Made by a program: the position numbers and the translations under genes. A DNA stretch of 64,000 nucleotides from the NCBI GenBank assembly GCA_964600125.1, contig CAZRIK010000002.1:292-64291 (forward strand), written 5' to 3'. This DNA comes from an uncultured Candidatus Bathyarchaeia archaeon (GTDB lineage Archaea > Thermoproteota > Bathyarchaeia > Bathyarchaeales > DTEX01). Positions 19,196 to 28,239 of the stretch are shown here, piece by piece (within the stretch, counting starts at the first letter, position 1; every line of letters starts with the position of its first letter). A model generated the notes under the pieces. It was given only the letters and a program-made list of their open reading frames with translations. It did no database searches and had not been told where the DNA came from.

Positions 19196-21103
19196 TTGGA
19201 ATACAAACGTGTACACAATGCTGTCTATGTTGTTGCTTTGCGAACATTTTTTAAAGATGGAAACATCTTAAATTGCTCTATGCCGTTCAGCAGGATTCTG
19301 CTTGTGAAGCCTTCCGGGAAGAGCGGGCTGAGCTTCCTCATGGACCAAATTCCCCTCGGCTTGGAATACATCGCGGCGTACGTTGAGGACGCGGTCGACG
19401 CGGTCCACGTCATAGACATGGAGATGGAAAGCCGAAGCTTCCAGCAAATCCTCGACCAAGTCAACCCAGACCTCGTAGGCGTCTCAATGTCGGCAACCGA
19501 ACACAACGAGGGACTGCGCCTCGCGAAGGCTGCCAAGAAAAGGGGCATCGCAACCATGGTTGGCGGCTACCACCCAACAGGAGTCCCGGACCTGATGCTT
19601 TCTTACCCTCAGGTGGACATGGTTGTACGCGGCGAAGGAGAAGCCACGGTGAGGGAAATCATCGAAAAGGGCGGTCCGGAGGGCGTCCTCGGAGTCTCCT
19701 ACAGGCAGGCTGGACGGGCAGTCCACAACGAGAACAGGCCGTTCATCAAAGACCTTGACAGCGTTCCCTTCCCCGCTCGGTACCTGAGACACTATTCGTA
19801 CTTTGCGCAGGACCGAAAAACGGACTACGACGCAATTTTAACTTCGCGGGGCTGCTACAGCCAGTGCACGTTCTGCTGCGAGCCCAGCATGAGCCGGGGG
19901 CACTTTAGGTGGCGCTCCCCAGAGAACGTCATCAAAGAAATCGTCGAGATAAGCAAGTACCACAACGGGAGACGGGTCATCGGGTTCATCGTCGACCCGA
20001 GCTTCATGGGCAAGCCCGAGAGGGTGGAACGGATCGCCGAGCTCCTGCGAGACCTCGACTTGAATATTGAATTTATGGCACTTGTTAGGACGGACCACAT
20101 GGCAAAGTATCCCGTTATCGTGAAAAAGATGTGCGAGGCGGGGATACTCTACTTCGAGATGGGCATAGAAAGCCCCAACCCGAGGGACCTTGAGTCGACG
20201 AGGAAGGGCATCACCACAAAAATTCACAGGGAAGCGGTGAGTAACATACGCAAGTACGGTGGAAGTGCAGGCGGAACCTTCGTCATCGGGCTTCCGGACC
20301 AGACCGAAGAAGAGGTCAAGTATTTTCCTGTCTATGCCCGAGAGATCGGGATGACGGGCGCCGCCTTCGGCGTCGTGACTCCGTTTCCGGGGACCAAGTT
20401 CTACGAGGAACTGGACAAGGACGGCTTGATTTTTGAGACCGACTGGGAAAAGTTCGACGAGATGCACTCGGTCTACAAGACAAAGCACCTGTCCAAAGAG
20501 AAGATTGAGGAGCTGGCAACCTACTGCATGGCAAAGTTCTGGAACGTAGACACGTTCATCGACAGGGAAATGGTCACTCAGGTCAGAACCCGGAGGAAAA
20601 TGCCTCTGGCGAGCTTCGTCAGCGAAAGGGCGAACGACATGCACTTCATCAGCAGCGCCGGGAAGACCCTGAAGAAGGAAGAGTTCGGTCATTACGTGAG
20701 GATTTTTTTGGACGCTTACCCTGACCCCCGCGTCGAAGAATACACGAGAAGGATAGGCGTGCACAACGTCTTGGAGATGTCGCGGTTCCTCAGAATCCTC
20801 GGACCGCAAACGATCCAGTGCACCTTGAACCTTGACGATGATGCAGCCGTCAGCTTCGTCGTTGAGACCACAGGAAAATCGGTTGAGTACATTCGGATCA
20901 TGCGCGGAAAGCAACGTCATTCAACCATAAATTTTGATGTCGACATGAAACTGGTCAGCGGAAAGGGGCAAGTGTCCAAGAGGGAACTGTTGAAGCGTTT
21001 CCTTTCACAAAAAGGTGGCATCAAGGGACTGTGGGGCACCATCAGGCTTCTTACGGCGGTCGGAACAGAGTTCCTGGTTTGGAAAATCAACTCTACGGAA
21101 TAA
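19196..21103 (+). CDS. B12-binding domain radical SAM enzyme
   Basis: It has the CYSQCTFC (CxxxCxxC) cluster motif and an N-terminal cobalamin-binding-like domain (VGVSMSATEH...MVGGYHPT). The real start is probably ATG 19280 (MPFSRILLVKP). Confidence 0.85.
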   Translation: MEYKRVHNAVYVVALRTFFKDGNILNCSMPFSRILLVKPSGKSGLSFLMDQIPLGLEYIAAYVEDAVDAVHVIDMEMESRSFQQILDQVNPDLVGVSMSATEHNEGLRLAKAAKKRGIATMVGGYHPTGVPDLMLSYPQVDMVVRGEGEATVREIIEKGGPEGVLGVSYRQAGRAVHNENRPFIKDLDSVPFPARYLRHYSYFAQDRKTDYDAILTSRGCYSQCTFCCEPSMSRGHFRWRSPENVIKEIVEISKYHNGRRVIGFIVDPSFMGKPERVERIAELLRDLDLNIEFMALVRTDHMAKYPVIVKKMCEAGILYFEMGIESPNPRDLESTRKGITTKIHREAVSNIRKYGGSAGGTFVIGLPDQTEEEVKYFPVYAREIGMTGAAFGVVTPFPGTKFYEELDKDGLIFETDWEKFDEMHSVYKTKHLSKEKIEELATYCMAKFWNVDTFIDREMVTQVRTRRKMPLASFVSERANDMHFISSAGKTLKKEEFGHYVRIFLDAYPDPRVEEYTRRIGVHNVLEMSRFLRILGPQTIQCTLNLDDDAAVSFVVETTGKSVEYIRIMRGKQRHSTINFDVDMKLVSGKGQVSKRELLKRFLSQKGGIKGLWGTIRLLTAVGTEFLVWKINSTE

Positions 21104-21163
21104 AAAATCAGGGTTCATTACGAGGTCGTTTCCTCCACAAGATTTATATGTTAACTTGTTTAC

Positions 21164-21853
21164 TTGTTATACATGTTTAGGTGGTTTAAAGTGTCAACCG
21201 AACAGAAAGACATAACCGCAATAAGGGGGCTCGAAACGGAGCTCTACAACAAAATTCTCGCGAAAGCTAAAGAAACAGGCAAAAACGTCTCCGACCTGAT
21301 GAACGACGCGATGAGGACGTATCTGAACCATGTTCAAGAAGCCTCAACGGTCTTCGGCGAAAACATGGACAACGTCACAGTCACCAAAAAAGACTTGACC
21401 GAGCTCGGAAAGGTGGCGTTCAAAAAAGTTATGAACCTACGATTCGCCAAGGACGTTGACAAGGAAGCCTTCGAAAACAACGTGCTGTCGATCGAGGACT
21501 GCGACAACGTGCAGGTGCCTGAACCATTGTACTTGGACGCGATGAAAAAAGCGAAGAGCTGCCACAACGTTATGCGATATTTTGTTGAGGAACAAAAAGC
21601 CCAAGACCAGAACATCATAAGAATCGGCGGAATCGACAATCTGGAAATCTCGAAAAGCGACCTAGAATCAATCGACAAAAAAGTCATTTTCGAACAAATT
21701 GACGAATTGAAGCTAAGCCCAGATGTTGATGCTGACGCCGTAAATCGGTACATTGAAGCCATCAGAAACGTGGACGAATTAATGGTGCCAAAAAACGTTT
21801 TCCTCCTCATCCTGACAAAAACAAGAGACTGCGACGAAGTCAATAAATACTAA
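21164..21853 (+). CDS. RHH(CopG)-like N-terminus followed by two ~70-aa tandem repeats; function unknown
   Basis: The probable start is GTG 21191, after an AGGTGG SD-like motif. ITAIRGLETELYNKILAKAKETGKNVSDLMNDAMRTYL is RHH-like. Repeat 1 (NVTVTKKDL...CHNVMRY) and repeat 2 (NLEISKSDL...CDEVNKY) align. Confidence 0.5.
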   Translation: MLYMFRWFKVSTEQKDITAIRGLETELYNKILAKAKETGKNVSDLMNDAMRTYLNHVQEASTVFGENMDNVTVTKKDLTELGKVAFKKVMNLRFAKDVDKEAFENNVLSIEDCDNVQVPEPLYLDAMKKAKSCHNVMRYFVEEQKAQDQNIIRIGGIDNLEISKSDLESIDKKVIFEQIDELKLSPDVDADAVNRYIEAIRNVDELMVPKNVFLLILTKTRDCDEVNKY

Positions 21854-21950
21854 CCAAAACCAACAAAGGCAAACAAACAACCGCGACAAATCGCAAACCT
21901 AAATATTTCTTTTTCATATTATGGAATAGTTACGGGAGAGACTATTCAAA

Positions 21951-22721
21951 TTGCGGGCAAAAAGAACAACCCTAGAGGATTTGGGGACTACGTACTGTTG
22001 CGCTGAAGAATTCACGCCCAGTGTTGGATGGGCTGAATGTTTACCTGAATCGAGAGAGTGGTTCAGGACTAACTTAGGAAGGCACATCGAAGGTTACCAC
22101 CTGTTGGATGGAGACAAGGTTGTCGGCTTAATCTACTGGGCAAGGTCGGAGAAGGCTCTTCTTCCATACGAAATTTAACCCAAGGTCGCCTGCGTCTACT
22201 GCACTGAGCTCCTGCAGAGCTACAAACACAAGGGACACGGCAAAACGATGCTTGACTGCATGAAAGACGACCTTAAACAGCAAGGATTCAAGGGCATACT
22301 GGTTCCCGCCACGGACTTGGACGTGTACATGTCCTACAAGGACTTTCTGAAGCAGGGGTTCCGAATAATCAAAGAGCATCCGCCTATCAAGGTCATGTAT
22401 TACCCCCTAACAAAGGAAAACATAGCAGTCAAAATCGTTGATCTGGACTATAAGCCAGCGACCGACAAAGTCGAAGTGACGTTGTTCAGAAACTTCATGT
22501 GCCCAGTCGGAGCCTACATGTATCACATGATAAGGAAAGTTGCGGAAAGCTTCGGAGACAAAGTCAAAATAGTGGAGCTGGACGCAACGCTCGAAACTGT
22601 CCGCCGTTACGGAACAGCTGACCCCTTAGTCAATGGCAAAATGAAGTTCTTCGGTCCAGTTTCAGAGAAGACAGCGAAAAACGCAATACAGGAAGAGATA
22701 GACCAGTTCAGTAAAGGCTAG
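21951..22721 (+). pseudogene. GNAT acetyltransferase fused to a thioredoxin-like domain, interrupted by an in-frame TAA (22176..22178)
   Basis: ORFs 21951..22178 and 22248..22721 are in the same frame. Read-through gives ...LLPYEI*PKVACVYCTELLQSYKHKGHGKTML..., so the stop sits just before the GNAT acetyl-CoA motif. Confidence 0.6.
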
Positions 22722-22786
22722 TCCACAACTTACCAGTCAAGTCACTGCATAATTTATTATGCGTTGAAGCAGTTCTATAAAACGGG

Positions 22787-23614
22787 ATGCACAAAATGAA
22801 GCACCAAAGTGGACGGTTCGAAGGCAAGGTTGCGGTTGTCACAGGCGCTGGAGGCGTCCTTTGTTCAGTCGTCGCCGAGGCTCTGGCAGCGGAGGGAGCT
22901 TCAGTCGCGGTTTTGGACATCCGAGAGGACGCAGCTGAAAAGGTGGCGAAAACCATAAGGGAAAAAGGCGGAAAAGCCGTAGCGGTCGCGGCGGACGTTA
23001 CAGACCGTGCAAGCGTGGAATCAGCCTGCGGGAAGGTTCTGGAAGCTTTCGGCACCGTCGACTTTCTAGTTAACGGCGCAGGAGGCAACGTTCCGCGGGC
23101 TTCGACAAGCGAGGTTCAACCGTTCTTTGACATCCCGCAGGACGCTTTAAAGTTCGTCGTCGACCTGAACCTTCTGGGCACAATAATTCCGTCCCAAGTT
23201 TTCGGCAAGGTTTTGGCTGAGAAGGGCGAAGGCGCCATCGTCAACTTTTCCTCGATGAACGCTTATAGACCGTTGACCAAGATTCCTGGCTACTCTGCAT
23301 CTAAGGCGGGCGTCTCAAACTTCACGCAGTGGCTCGCCGTCCACATGGCTCAGAACTACTCGAAGAAGATTCGGGTCAACGCCGTGGCGCCGGGCTTCTT
23401 CGTCACAATCCAAACAAGATACCTGCTCATGAACGAGGACGGCACACCCACCCAGAGAGGAAGAACAGTGCTTGAGCACACGCCCATGGGAAGGTTCGGC
23501 GAACCCGAAGACCTCGTGGGCACAGTTCTTTTCCTATTGTCAGAAGATGCAGCTTTTGTTACAGGAATCGTTGTTCCCGTGGACGGAGGGTTCTCAGCCT
23601 ACGCCGGAGTCTAG
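22787..23614 (+). CDS. short-chain dehydrogenase/reductase (SDR)
   Basis: TGAGGVLCSVVAEALA cofactor motif and catalytic YSASK motif. 275 aa. Confidence 0.85.
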   Translation: MHKMKHQSGRFEGKVAVVTGAGGVLCSVVAEALAAEGASVAVLDIREDAAEKVAKTIREKGGKAVAVAADVTDRASVESACGKVLEAFGTVDFLVNGAGGNVPRASTSEVQPFFDIPQDALKFVVDLNLLGTIIPSQVFGKVLAEKGEGAIVNFSSMNAYRPLTKIPGYSASKAGVSNFTQWLAVHMAQNYSKKIRVNAVAPGFFVTIQTRYLLMNEDGTPTQRGRTVLEHTPMGRFGEPEDLVGTVLFLLSEDAAFVTGIVVPVDGGFSAYAGV

Positions 23615-23823
23615 CCAGCAATCAATTAGCAAAAGCCTCAGAGGATAAGTGCTCATCACTTTTTCAGACGGCTCTATCCCTCATCACAGGCACTTATCCA
23701 TGTCCTCGGCGTGTTTCATAAGTTTATTGTCAACCGATTTTTGCGTAACCAAACATTCCGAAAAAAGCTTTTAATAACCTTAAGCAGAGAATGATGGCTT
23801 GTCTGAAAGGTGTGTGATGTCTG

Positions 23824-24495
23824 ATGAAAAAAGTCCTAATGGTCACGCATTCCGCGGGCTTCAAACACGATTACCTCCCGAAAGCAACCGAAGTCATAAC
23901 CGCGCTAGGCAAAAAAACAGGCAAATTCGAGGTTACAGCCACAACCGAATGTGGTCTCCTCAACAAGGAGGACCTAAAAAGGTTCGACGCTTTAATCTTC
24001 GCAACGACAGGCGGGCTGCCCATAACCGACGAACAAAAAGAAGAGTTGATGTCGTCAATCGAGGATGGGAAACCGTTCGTCGGAATCCACAACGCGACGG
24101 ACACTTTCTACAAGCTCCCTGAGTACGGGAAGATGATCGGCGGCTACTTCAAGGGGCACCCGTGGAGCCAAGAAGTCTGGGTCAACGTTGAAGACCAGAC
24201 GCACCCCGCGACGAGGCACCTGCCAAAATCATTCAAATTTAAAGAAGAGGTTTACACGTTCCGAGACTGGAGCAGAGAAAAAACCCGCGTCCTAATCAGC
24301 CTCGACAACGGCTCAGTCGACCTCAGCAAGGGAAACCGCGAGGACAACGACTACGCGATGTGCTGGTGCCACACCTACGGCAAGGCACGCGTCTTCTACA
24401 CGGGACTAGGACACTACCTAGAAACTTGGGACCAAGAATGGTTCCGAACTCACATCCTCAACGGCATACTCTGGACAATGAAACTCAAAGACTAA
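23824..24495 (+). CDS. ThuA-domain (trehalose-utilisation-like) protein
   Basis: 223 aa with a ThuA-like pattern (GFKHDYLP, GIHNATDTF, GGYFKGHPW, RVFYTGLGH). Confidence 0.75.
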   Translation: MKKVLMVTHSAGFKHDYLPKATEVITALGKKTGKFEVTATTECGLLNKEDLKRFDALIFATTGGLPITDEQKEELMSSIEDGKPFVGIHNATDTFYKLPEYGKMIGGYFKGHPWSQEVWVNVEDQTHPATRHLPKSFKFKEEVYTFRDWSREKTRVLISLDNGSVDLSKGNREDNDYAMCWCHTYGKARVFYTGLGHYLETWDQEWFRTHILNGILWTMKLKD

Positions 24496-24534
24496 AATGG
24501 TTTCTAAAAATCTTTGTCGCCGTAGAAACGTGTT

Positions 24535-25305
24535 TCAGCGATTATTGTACCAGCGTCCTATTTCGTTCAGGGCTTCCATTCCTTCCTTGAAAGCTGTTCG
24601 TGCTTTGTCGCTGTTCTGCTGGATTGTCGCCCAGTCGGAAATCTGGTCAAAGTAAGCACTAAGGTGCCCTTTGGAGCTCACGCCTTCTTCAACCAGCGCT
24701 ATCATTTCGTCCAGATGCAGCCTCAAGCCGTCTTTCGGGTTGTCAGATAACAAAATCAGGACGGAGTACATATAATTCTTCAAAGATGCGCCTAGAAGCC
24801 TGACAAGCGCCGGAATTCCAGCGTCAGGCTTGTCCACGAACCTTCCAACAATAATTCTCCACGTGTCTCCAACGGTTTTAAGGTTTTCTCTTGCTTGCCG
24901 TATATAGGCCTGATTGTCCGCTTCCTTTGCAGCTGACGGTAACTTCCCCCAGACGACCTTGAACGTTCCTTCAACTGGTGGCGTCCAGTCCGCTGGGTAA
25001 CGCTGAGAGTTGATGAAGTATATCTGGAACTGGCTGACCCCGTAGTCTTCGGGCTTAACGTGTCCGAATGCCTTCTGGAACCTGAGCGCGTAGCCGATTT
25101 TCGGGATTCTTTCGCTTTCCATTGCCTTCTGGTTGAGAAAAACGTGGAAGTCGAAGTCCGAGTAGCTCGGAATGAAGTCTCCTTTAACAGCTGAGCCCTT
25201 CAGGGTCACGCATTCGAGGTTGCTTCCGAAACTTTTTTTGCAGGCGGAAACAACGAGGTCCGCAGCCTCGTCGACCAGTTTCTGGCTTGGCGGATTAAAC
25301 TTCAC
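24535..25305 (-). CDS. nucleotidyltransferase-fold protein
   Basis: GS...DFD pattern (LKGSAVKGDFIPSYSDFDFHVFL) near the N-terminus, followed by a helical C-terminal domain. Confidence 0.5.
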   Translation of the reverse strand: MKFNPPSQKLVDEAADLVVSACKKSFGSNLECVTLKGSAVKGDFIPSYSDFDFHVFLNQKAMESERIPKIGYALRFQKAFGHVKPEDYGVSQFQIYFINSQRYPADWTPPVEGTFKVVWGKLPSAAKEADNQAYIRQARENLKTVGDTWRIIVGRFVDKPDAGIPALVRLLGASLKNYMYSVLILLSDNPKDGLRLHLDEMIALVEEGVSSKGHLSAYFDQISDWATIQQNSDKARTAFKEGMEALNEIGRWYNNR

Positions 25306-25485
25306 GTCTGTTCCGTCCCTGAATGTTTTTTATGTGCTTGACAATGGTTAGCAACGATATTTTAAGGTTTTCAGGAACGACTTTTCCTTAAAAAATCCGT
25401 AACCAATATTATATGTGAGGAAAAAGTTTACGTGCCTTCACGGAGCAATAACATTCGGGATGCCAATAGAACTCGGTGATGTCGA

Positions 25486-25701
25486 GTGAGGTATGACGTT
25501 GAGGTGGTGTTTCACAGGGACTTCGTTCAGGTTGAGGGAGACAAAATAGTAGTCGGCTTGACATCCAAACCCGAAAAAGGCAAAGCGAACACGGAGCTCG
25601 TAAAAAAGCTCGCAAAACACTTCAACGTGCCCTCTTCACACGTGAGCATAGTTTCGGGTCTGAAAATCAGAAACAAAGTCGTCGAAATAACCGAAAAATA
25701 G
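25486..25701 (+). CDS. DUF167 (YggU/UPF0235) family protein
   Basis: 71 aa containing SKPEKGKANTELVKKLAKHFNVPSSHVSIVSGLKIRNKVVEI, typical of DUF167. Confidence 0.7.
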   Translation: MRYDVEVVFHRDFVQVEGDKIVVGLTSKPEKGKANTELVKKLAKHFNVPSSHVSIVSGLKIRNKVVEITEK

Positions 25702-25790
25702 TGCGCTTATTGAGGGCAGCGGCAAAACGGTTTTTTCTCAAAAGTCATAAATCACTGAATAATGCAAAATAAGGAACAGCGTGATTTGTT

Positions 25791-26366
25791 ATGACCGTCA
25801 AGACCGTCACCTATTTCGAAAAAGCTGGGTCGAAGAACACCGACGAAACATTGAGGCTTGCTCACGAAAGAGCCTTGGAGCTCGGAATCCGAGACGTCGT
25901 CGTCGCTTCGTCGCACGGCGAAACAGCCCTGAAGGCAGCCAAGATTTTTGATGCAAAAAAGACGAACATTGTAGCTGTGACAATCAGCGAAGGCTTCCGC
26001 AGCGAAGGGTGGACGATGACGCCTGACGAGAGAAAAAAGATTCAGGACAAGGGCGTCAAAGTTTTCACGGGCACCCTCGCGTTAGGCGGCGACGTGAGCT
26101 CAGCCTTCTCCGATAAAAAAGGCGGCACCGCAATCAACGACGCGGTCTGCGAAACGTTTTACAGGTTCTGCCAAGGCATGAAGGTCGCTGTCGAGGTTGT
26201 TCTCATGGCTGCCGATGCAGGGCTAATCCCAATAGACAAAGAAGTCATAGCCGTCGCGGGCACAGGCAAAGGCGCGGACACAGCCATCGTCGTCCAACCC
26301 GCCTACCCGCGAAAGTTTCTCGACCTGAAAATCAAGGAAATCGTCGCCAAGCCAAGAGAAGGATAA
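25791..26366 (+). CDS. pyruvate-kinase C-terminal (alpha/beta) domain-like protein
   Basis: 191 aa. Its N-terminal VTYFEKAGSKNTDETLRLAHERALELGIRDVVVASSHGETA segment is typical of stand-alone PK_C-like proteins. Confidence 0.65.
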   Translation: MTVKTVTYFEKAGSKNTDETLRLAHERALELGIRDVVVASSHGETALKAAKIFDAKKTNIVAVTISEGFRSEGWTMTPDERKKIQDKGVKVFTGTLALGGDVSSAFSDKKGGTAINDAVCETFYRFCQGMKVAVEVVLMAADAGLIPIDKEVIAVAGTGKGADTAIVVQPAYPRKFLDLKIKEIVAKPREG

Positions 26367-26484
26367 TTTTCCACCCCCTAAACCCCAAACTCAATACTCC
26401 AATACCTATATATCAATCACTAAACAAACACAAACAAACTTTGCTTTTTCTGCATGAATCACGAATCTAATAAGTTAGTCCGTA

Positions 26485-27510
26485 ATGAATATAAATGATA
26501 AATCCAAATCCTTTGCTGTTAATCAGAACGAGAGGTTTCAAATGTTTTGGTTATCTCCCGCATTGCTTGTGATTGGGCTGGTGTTGCTTGGTGGCGCAAG
26601 TGGCATAGTCATATCTAGCATAGTTGCCATATCTGAGAAGCGAAGATTGAGAAAATCTGTTTTAAGTTTTCTCTTAATAGCCTTCGCAACATCGTTGCCC
26701 GAGTTATCCGTTGCCATCAACTCGATAGTCATAGGAAACATGTCTGTTTCGCTTGGAGACATTCTCGGTTCCAATATTACTAATATTGCTCTGATAATTG
26801 GCGTGAGCCTTATTGTTGCCACCCTAGTTTCTCATAAAAGGCAGATTATTATCAAGGAAGAAGAAAAGAAAGAATATACAACTGGATTGATGATTGTTTC
26901 AATAGTGCTTCTGACACTTCTCTATTTGCAATATATCAGCAGAATCATAGGCGTGCTTCTGTTGTGCATATTTTTTGGATACTCCTGCATATTGATTCGT
27001 AAGAGCAAAGAAAAAGAAGATATTGCATCTAATAATGCTAGAGATGGAAGAATAAAAAAGGACCTAGTACTCCTTACGGCTGGGATAGCAGGCATTATAA
27101 TTGGTTCGAGGCTTACAATTGATTCAGCGATAGACATTGCATCCTACTTGGGAATCGCATCTTCAATTATTGGTGCCACACTGGTGGCTTTTGGAACCAG
27201 CTTGCCTGAATTCATTGTAGATGTTAGAGCAGCCTATAGGGGACACTTTGAAATTGCAATGGGCGACATCGTGGGAAGTTGTTTCTTAAATTCGACACTT
27301 ATCATGGGTCTACTGTTAACTTTTACGCCGTTTAGAGTGAACCTTCTTGTTCTCTCAGACCTCATACTATTCAGTGTAGTTTCAAACCTCTTGTTATGGT
27401 ACTTCTTAGACAATGGCAAGCTTGGGAGTCGAGAGGGCTTCGTCCTACTTACCCTTTACTTAATTAGCCTGTTAACCATCCTCGAAATCCTGGTTTTGAG
27501 GGTTAGCTAG
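26485..27510 (+). CDS. Ca2+/cation antiporter (CaCA, YrbG-like) family membrane protein
   Basis: Two alpha-repeats are present: TSLPELSVAI...GDILGSNITNIALIIG and TSLPEFIVDV...GDIVGSCFLNSTLIMG. By eye it is AT-richer than its neighbours. Confidence 0.8.
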   Translation: MNINDKSKSFAVNQNERFQMFWLSPALLVIGLVLLGGASGIVISSIVAISEKRRLRKSVLSFLLIAFATSLPELSVAINSIVIGNMSVSLGDILGSNITNIALIIGVSLIVATLVSHKRQIIIKEEEKKEYTTGLMIVSIVLLTLLYLQYISRIIGVLLLCIFFGYSCILIRKSKEKEDIASNNARDGRIKKDLVLLTAGIAGIIIGSRLTIDSAIDIASYLGIASSIIGATLVAFGTSLPEFIVDVRAAYRGHFEIAMGDIVGSCFLNSTLIMGLLLTFTPFRVNLLVLSDLILFSVVSNLLLWYFLDNGKLGSREGFVLLTLYLISLLTILEILVLRVS

Positions 27511-27579
27511 CTAATAATTTTTTTGCCAATTTCCTCGTTGTCTTAGTTTTCTCTTATGCTTCCTTGTTAGCTAGCTAGC
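27502..27579. repeat. two copies of GTTAGCTAGC (27502..27511 and 27566..27579, the latter extended to GTTAGCTAGCTAGC)
   Basis: These are exact 10-mers. A third copy lies at 29890..29899, and related GGAGCTAGC sites lie at 27670 and 29983. Confidence 0.7.
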
Positions 27580-27689
27580 GCGTGCGCTGGTAAGGAAACT
27601 TATCGCACTCATGTATATCCTGTGGAACAAAAAATTTAATCAAATTCTTCAATTAAAAAAATGCTCTGAGGAGCTAGCTAATTGATCTT

Positions 27690-27842
27690 ATGCGGGTTTA
27701 TGGCGGTAAGGCTCTTAAGGCTTATGTGATGGGAATCGTTAATGAGGTTTGGAGTTTTAACCTAACTGAAGAACAGGTGAAAATTATGGGGAACTACACT
27801 GAAGAAGGTGAGTACTTCATCGCTGAGAGTGACAAGCAATGA
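27690..27842 (+). CDS. hypothetical 50-aa protein
   Basis: ATG-initiated ORF (MRVYGGKALKAYVMGIVNEVWSFNLTEEQVKIMGNYTEEGEYFIAESDKQ) below the ORF-track cutoff. It lies immediately upstream of the basic protein gene. Confidence 0.25.
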   Translation: MRVYGGKALKAYVMGIVNEVWSFNLTEEQVKIMGNYTEEGEYFIAESDKQ

Positions 27843-27849
27843 GTGATGT

Positions 27850-28131
27850 GTGATGTCGAGAGCATATAGACTAACTGAAGAGCACAATCAGAAGTGTCGT
27901 GAACGAAGGCGTGCACGTAAGCTGAAAGCGAAGGCTGCTACTACTGATGTTCCATCAAAGGACTCTGAGCTAACCCGAATAAAGCAACTTGCGAACACGT
28001 ACCTAACGAACATAGAGTTTAACAAGATACCTCCAAGGGAACCCCGTCCAAGAGGCAAGATCACCAAGAGGACTGATCCGAGTAGGAAAGGCAGAGGTAA
28101 CAGAGGTAGAACAAGAAAGAGGAACCCCTAG
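27850..28131 (+). CDS. hypothetical highly basic (Arg/Lys-rich) protein
   Basis: 93 aa, with CRERRRARKLKAKA and a C-terminal RKGRGNRGRTRKRNP tail. No recognisable family. Confidence 0.4.
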   Translation: MMSRAYRLTEEHNQKCRERRRARKLKAKAATTDVPSKDSELTRIKQLANTYLTNIEFNKIPPREPRPRGKITKRTDPSRKGRGNRGRTRKRNP

Positions 28132-28239
28132 ACACAAACTCGCATTAGTTAAGAAGCACGCGTACTTTCTCTTTCAGTCATCTAGTCTTGGACAAAATCT
28201 ATATGAATCAATGTTTATTCTCGTTTTGGGTTAAATGTA

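Noticed and set aside
19838-20920. 360-aa minus-strand ORF antisense to the radical SAM gene
   Set aside because: It is a shadow ORF. The plus-strand product carries the CxxxCxxC and B12-binding motifs.
22176-22178. Genome-wide TAA reassignment as the explanation for the in-frame stop
   Set aside because: TAA clearly terminates other well-delimited genes here (for example the PfkB kinase at 2897..2899 and the radical SAM gene at 21101..21103). A global recoding is therefore not supported.
23799-24122. 107-aa ORF overlapping the start of the ThuA gene in another frame
   Set aside because: It is Arg-rich and low-complexity, and it is fully overlapped by the ThuA-like ORF, which has family-typical motifs.
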